Shown here one piece after another: positions 30,736-32,000 of a stretch of DNA of 32,000 nt. Numbering within the stretch: position 1 is the stretch's first letter; every line of letters starts with the position of its first letter. A model generated the notes under the pieces. The model worked only from the letters and a program-made list of their open reading frames with translations, was not told where the DNA came from and made no database searches. The stretch is from contig NC_014729.1 in the NCBI RefSeq assembly GCF_000172995.2, forward strand, positions 1,800,001 to 1,832,000, given 5' to 3'. This stretch comes from Halogeometricum borinquense DSM 11551 (GTDB lineage Archaea; Halobacteriota; Halobacteria; Halobacteriales; Haloferacaceae). The position numbers and the translations under genes were made by a program.

Positions 30736-32000
30736 TTACTCGTCCTCGCCAGCGACGGCGTCGAGGGCGGCCTCGAAGTGTTCCTGCGTCACCAGAATCT
30801 CGTCGGCGTGTTCGTTCGCCGCCGCACCCTCGTAGGCGTCCGCTATCGCTTCGATAGCCCGCATCGTCGCGTCGCGGCAGACGGCTTGGATGTCAGCACC
30901 GGATAGGCCGTCCATGTGCGCGGCGAGTTCGTCCAAGTCAACGTTGTCTCCGAGCGGTTTCTCCTTCGTGTGGACCTCGAGGATAGCCCGCCGCGCGTCC
31001 ACGTCGGGTTGCGGAACGAGGACGTGCGACTCCAGACGACCGGGTCGGAGAAGAGCGGGATCGAGCGTCTCCTTCCGGTTTGTCGCCGCGAGGACGACGA
31101 CGTTGGGGTTGTCCACGAGGCGATCCAATTCTGTCAGGAGTTGCGAGACGACGCGTTCACCGACGCCCGAATCCGATCCCATCGCATCGCGGTTGGTCGC
31201 TATCGCGTCGATTTCGTCGAAGAAAACGATGGCAGGTGCGGCCTGTCGCGCACGTTCGAACACCTCGCGGACGGACTTTTCTGACTCGCCGACGTAGCGG
31301 TCCAGCAACTCCGGTCCGGCGACATGAATGAAGTTCACTTCGCTCTCGCCCGCGATTGCCCGCGCGAGAAGGGTTTTCCCCGTCCCCGGCGGGCCGTGCA
31401 GAAGGACGCCCGACGGCGGCGACGTGTTCGCTGCCTCGAACAGCGGCGCGTAGGTGAGCGGCCACGTCACGGACCGTTCGAGCGTTCGCTTTGCTTCCTC
31501 CAGACCGCCCACGTCGTCGAACGTCGTCGTCGGCGCTTCCGCAACGTACTCGCGCATCGCGGAGGGTTCGACGCTCGCCATCGCCGTCTCGAAGTTTTCG
31601 CGGGAGACTTCCAACTCCGTGAACGACACCGACTCGCCGCCGCCGCGGCGTGCGCGTCGGAGGGCAGTCATCGCGGCTTCCTTCGCCAGCGACTCCAAGT
31701 CGGCACCGACGAACCCGTGCGTTCGCGCGGCGAGGCGGTCCATATCCACGTCGTCGGCGAGCGGCATCCGCCGGGTGTGGACTTCGAGAATCTCACGGCG
31801 GCCCACCTCGTTTGGCACGCCGATTTCGATTTCGCGGTCGAATCGGCCGCCGCGTCGGAGAGCGGGGTCTAAGGAATCGACGCGGTTGGTCGCGCCGATG
31901 ACGATAACGTCCCCGCGGGCGTCCAAGCCGTCCATCAGACTGAGCAGTTGGCCGACGACGCGGTTCTCTACGTCGCCGCCGTCATCTCGCTTCGTCGCTA
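30736..32000 (-). CDS. cdc48: CDC48/VCP-family AAA+ ATPase, N-terminal part outside window
   Basis: The frame stays open upstream of the track ATG at 31935 (...ENRVVGQLLSLMDGL, the end of D1). D2 has Walker A GPPGTGKTLLARAIA, Walker B IVFFDEIDA, and second region of homology ATNRKETLDPALLRPGRL. Confidence 0.92.
   Translation of the reverse strand, partial: ATKRDDGGDVENRVVGQLLSLMDGLDARGDVIVIGATNRVDSLDPALRRGGRFDREIEIGVPNEVGRREILEVHTRRMPLADDVDMDRLAARTHGFVGADLESLAKEAAMTALRRARRGGGESVSFTELEVSRENFETAMASVEPSAMREYVAEAPTTTFDDVGGLEEAKRTLERSVTWPLTYAPLFEAANTSPPSGVLLHGPPGTGKTLLARAIAGESEVNFIHVAGPELLDRYVGESEKSVREVFERARQAAPAIVFFDEIDAIATNRDAMGSDSGVGERVVSQLLTELDRLVDNPNVVVLAATNRKETLDPALLRPGRLESHVLVPQPDVDARRAILEVHTKEKPLGDNVDLDELAAHMDGLSGADIQAVCRDATMRAIEAIADAYEGAAANEHADEILVTQEHFEAALDAVAGEDE

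Noticed and set aside
1-32000. Idea that the MutS-like ATPase, XPD helicase, RPA operon, Lhr helicase, methyltransferase and Cdc48 form a DNA-repair or defence island
   Set aside because: The genes are scattered among unrelated housekeeping genes on both strands, each with its own promoter. The layout resembles conserved core-chromosome synteny of Haloferax-type genomes. There are no restriction, toxin, Cas or nuclease-effector genes, and the only mobile DNA is the single tnpB element.

Overview
GC-rich, gene-dense haloarchaeal chromosomal segment. Evidence: acidic proteins, a PGF-CTERM surface protein, and TATA-like boxes about 27 nt upstream of many ATGs, which implies leaderless mRNAs. Gene order around rpa1-rpap1-rpe resembles Haloferax-type genomes. 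I support 27 protein-coding genes, most of them core housekeeping. They are a partial MutS-like ATPase, XPD/Rad3 helicase, MFS transporter, Nnr NAD(P)HX repair enzyme, MoaC, HflX, FUN14 protein, SBDS, thioredoxin, a riboflavin-pathway reductase, a GT4 glycosyltransferase, Usp, the RPA operon, Lhr-type helicase, a SAM methyltransferase and a partial Cdc48 AAA ATPase. Accessory content is limited to three items: (1) a tnpB-only IS200/IS605 (IS1341-like) element wedged between two convergent stop codons, with a predicted omega-RNA; (2) a translationally coupled pair encoding a membrane-tethered wHTH regulator and an atypical S8 peptidase; (3) a 1009-aa heavily sequon-decorated PGF-CTERM glycoprotein. 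I found no rRNA, tRNA or CRISPR array. I do not see a convincing new multi-gene system such as a defence island, and I say so rather than force one. The observations most worth follow-up are: the TnpB RuvC-II motif reading IAVGDL (Gly where the catalytic Glu is expected); the omega-RNA whose guide would run antisense into the neighbouring gene; the wHTH-S8 module, in which the canonical Asp motif is missing and a PPC-like insert is present; the roughly 380-residue acidic disordered insert of Rpap1 carrying a duplicated GGLGDFDA motif; and a coding-like open frame without a start codon in the 21.4-21.7 kb gap. Many long ORFs in the supplied track are antisense or alternate-frame shadows typical of high-GC DNA and are rejected. 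Several track starts are upstream over-extensions, which I trimmed using TATA spacing and homology-like N-termini.
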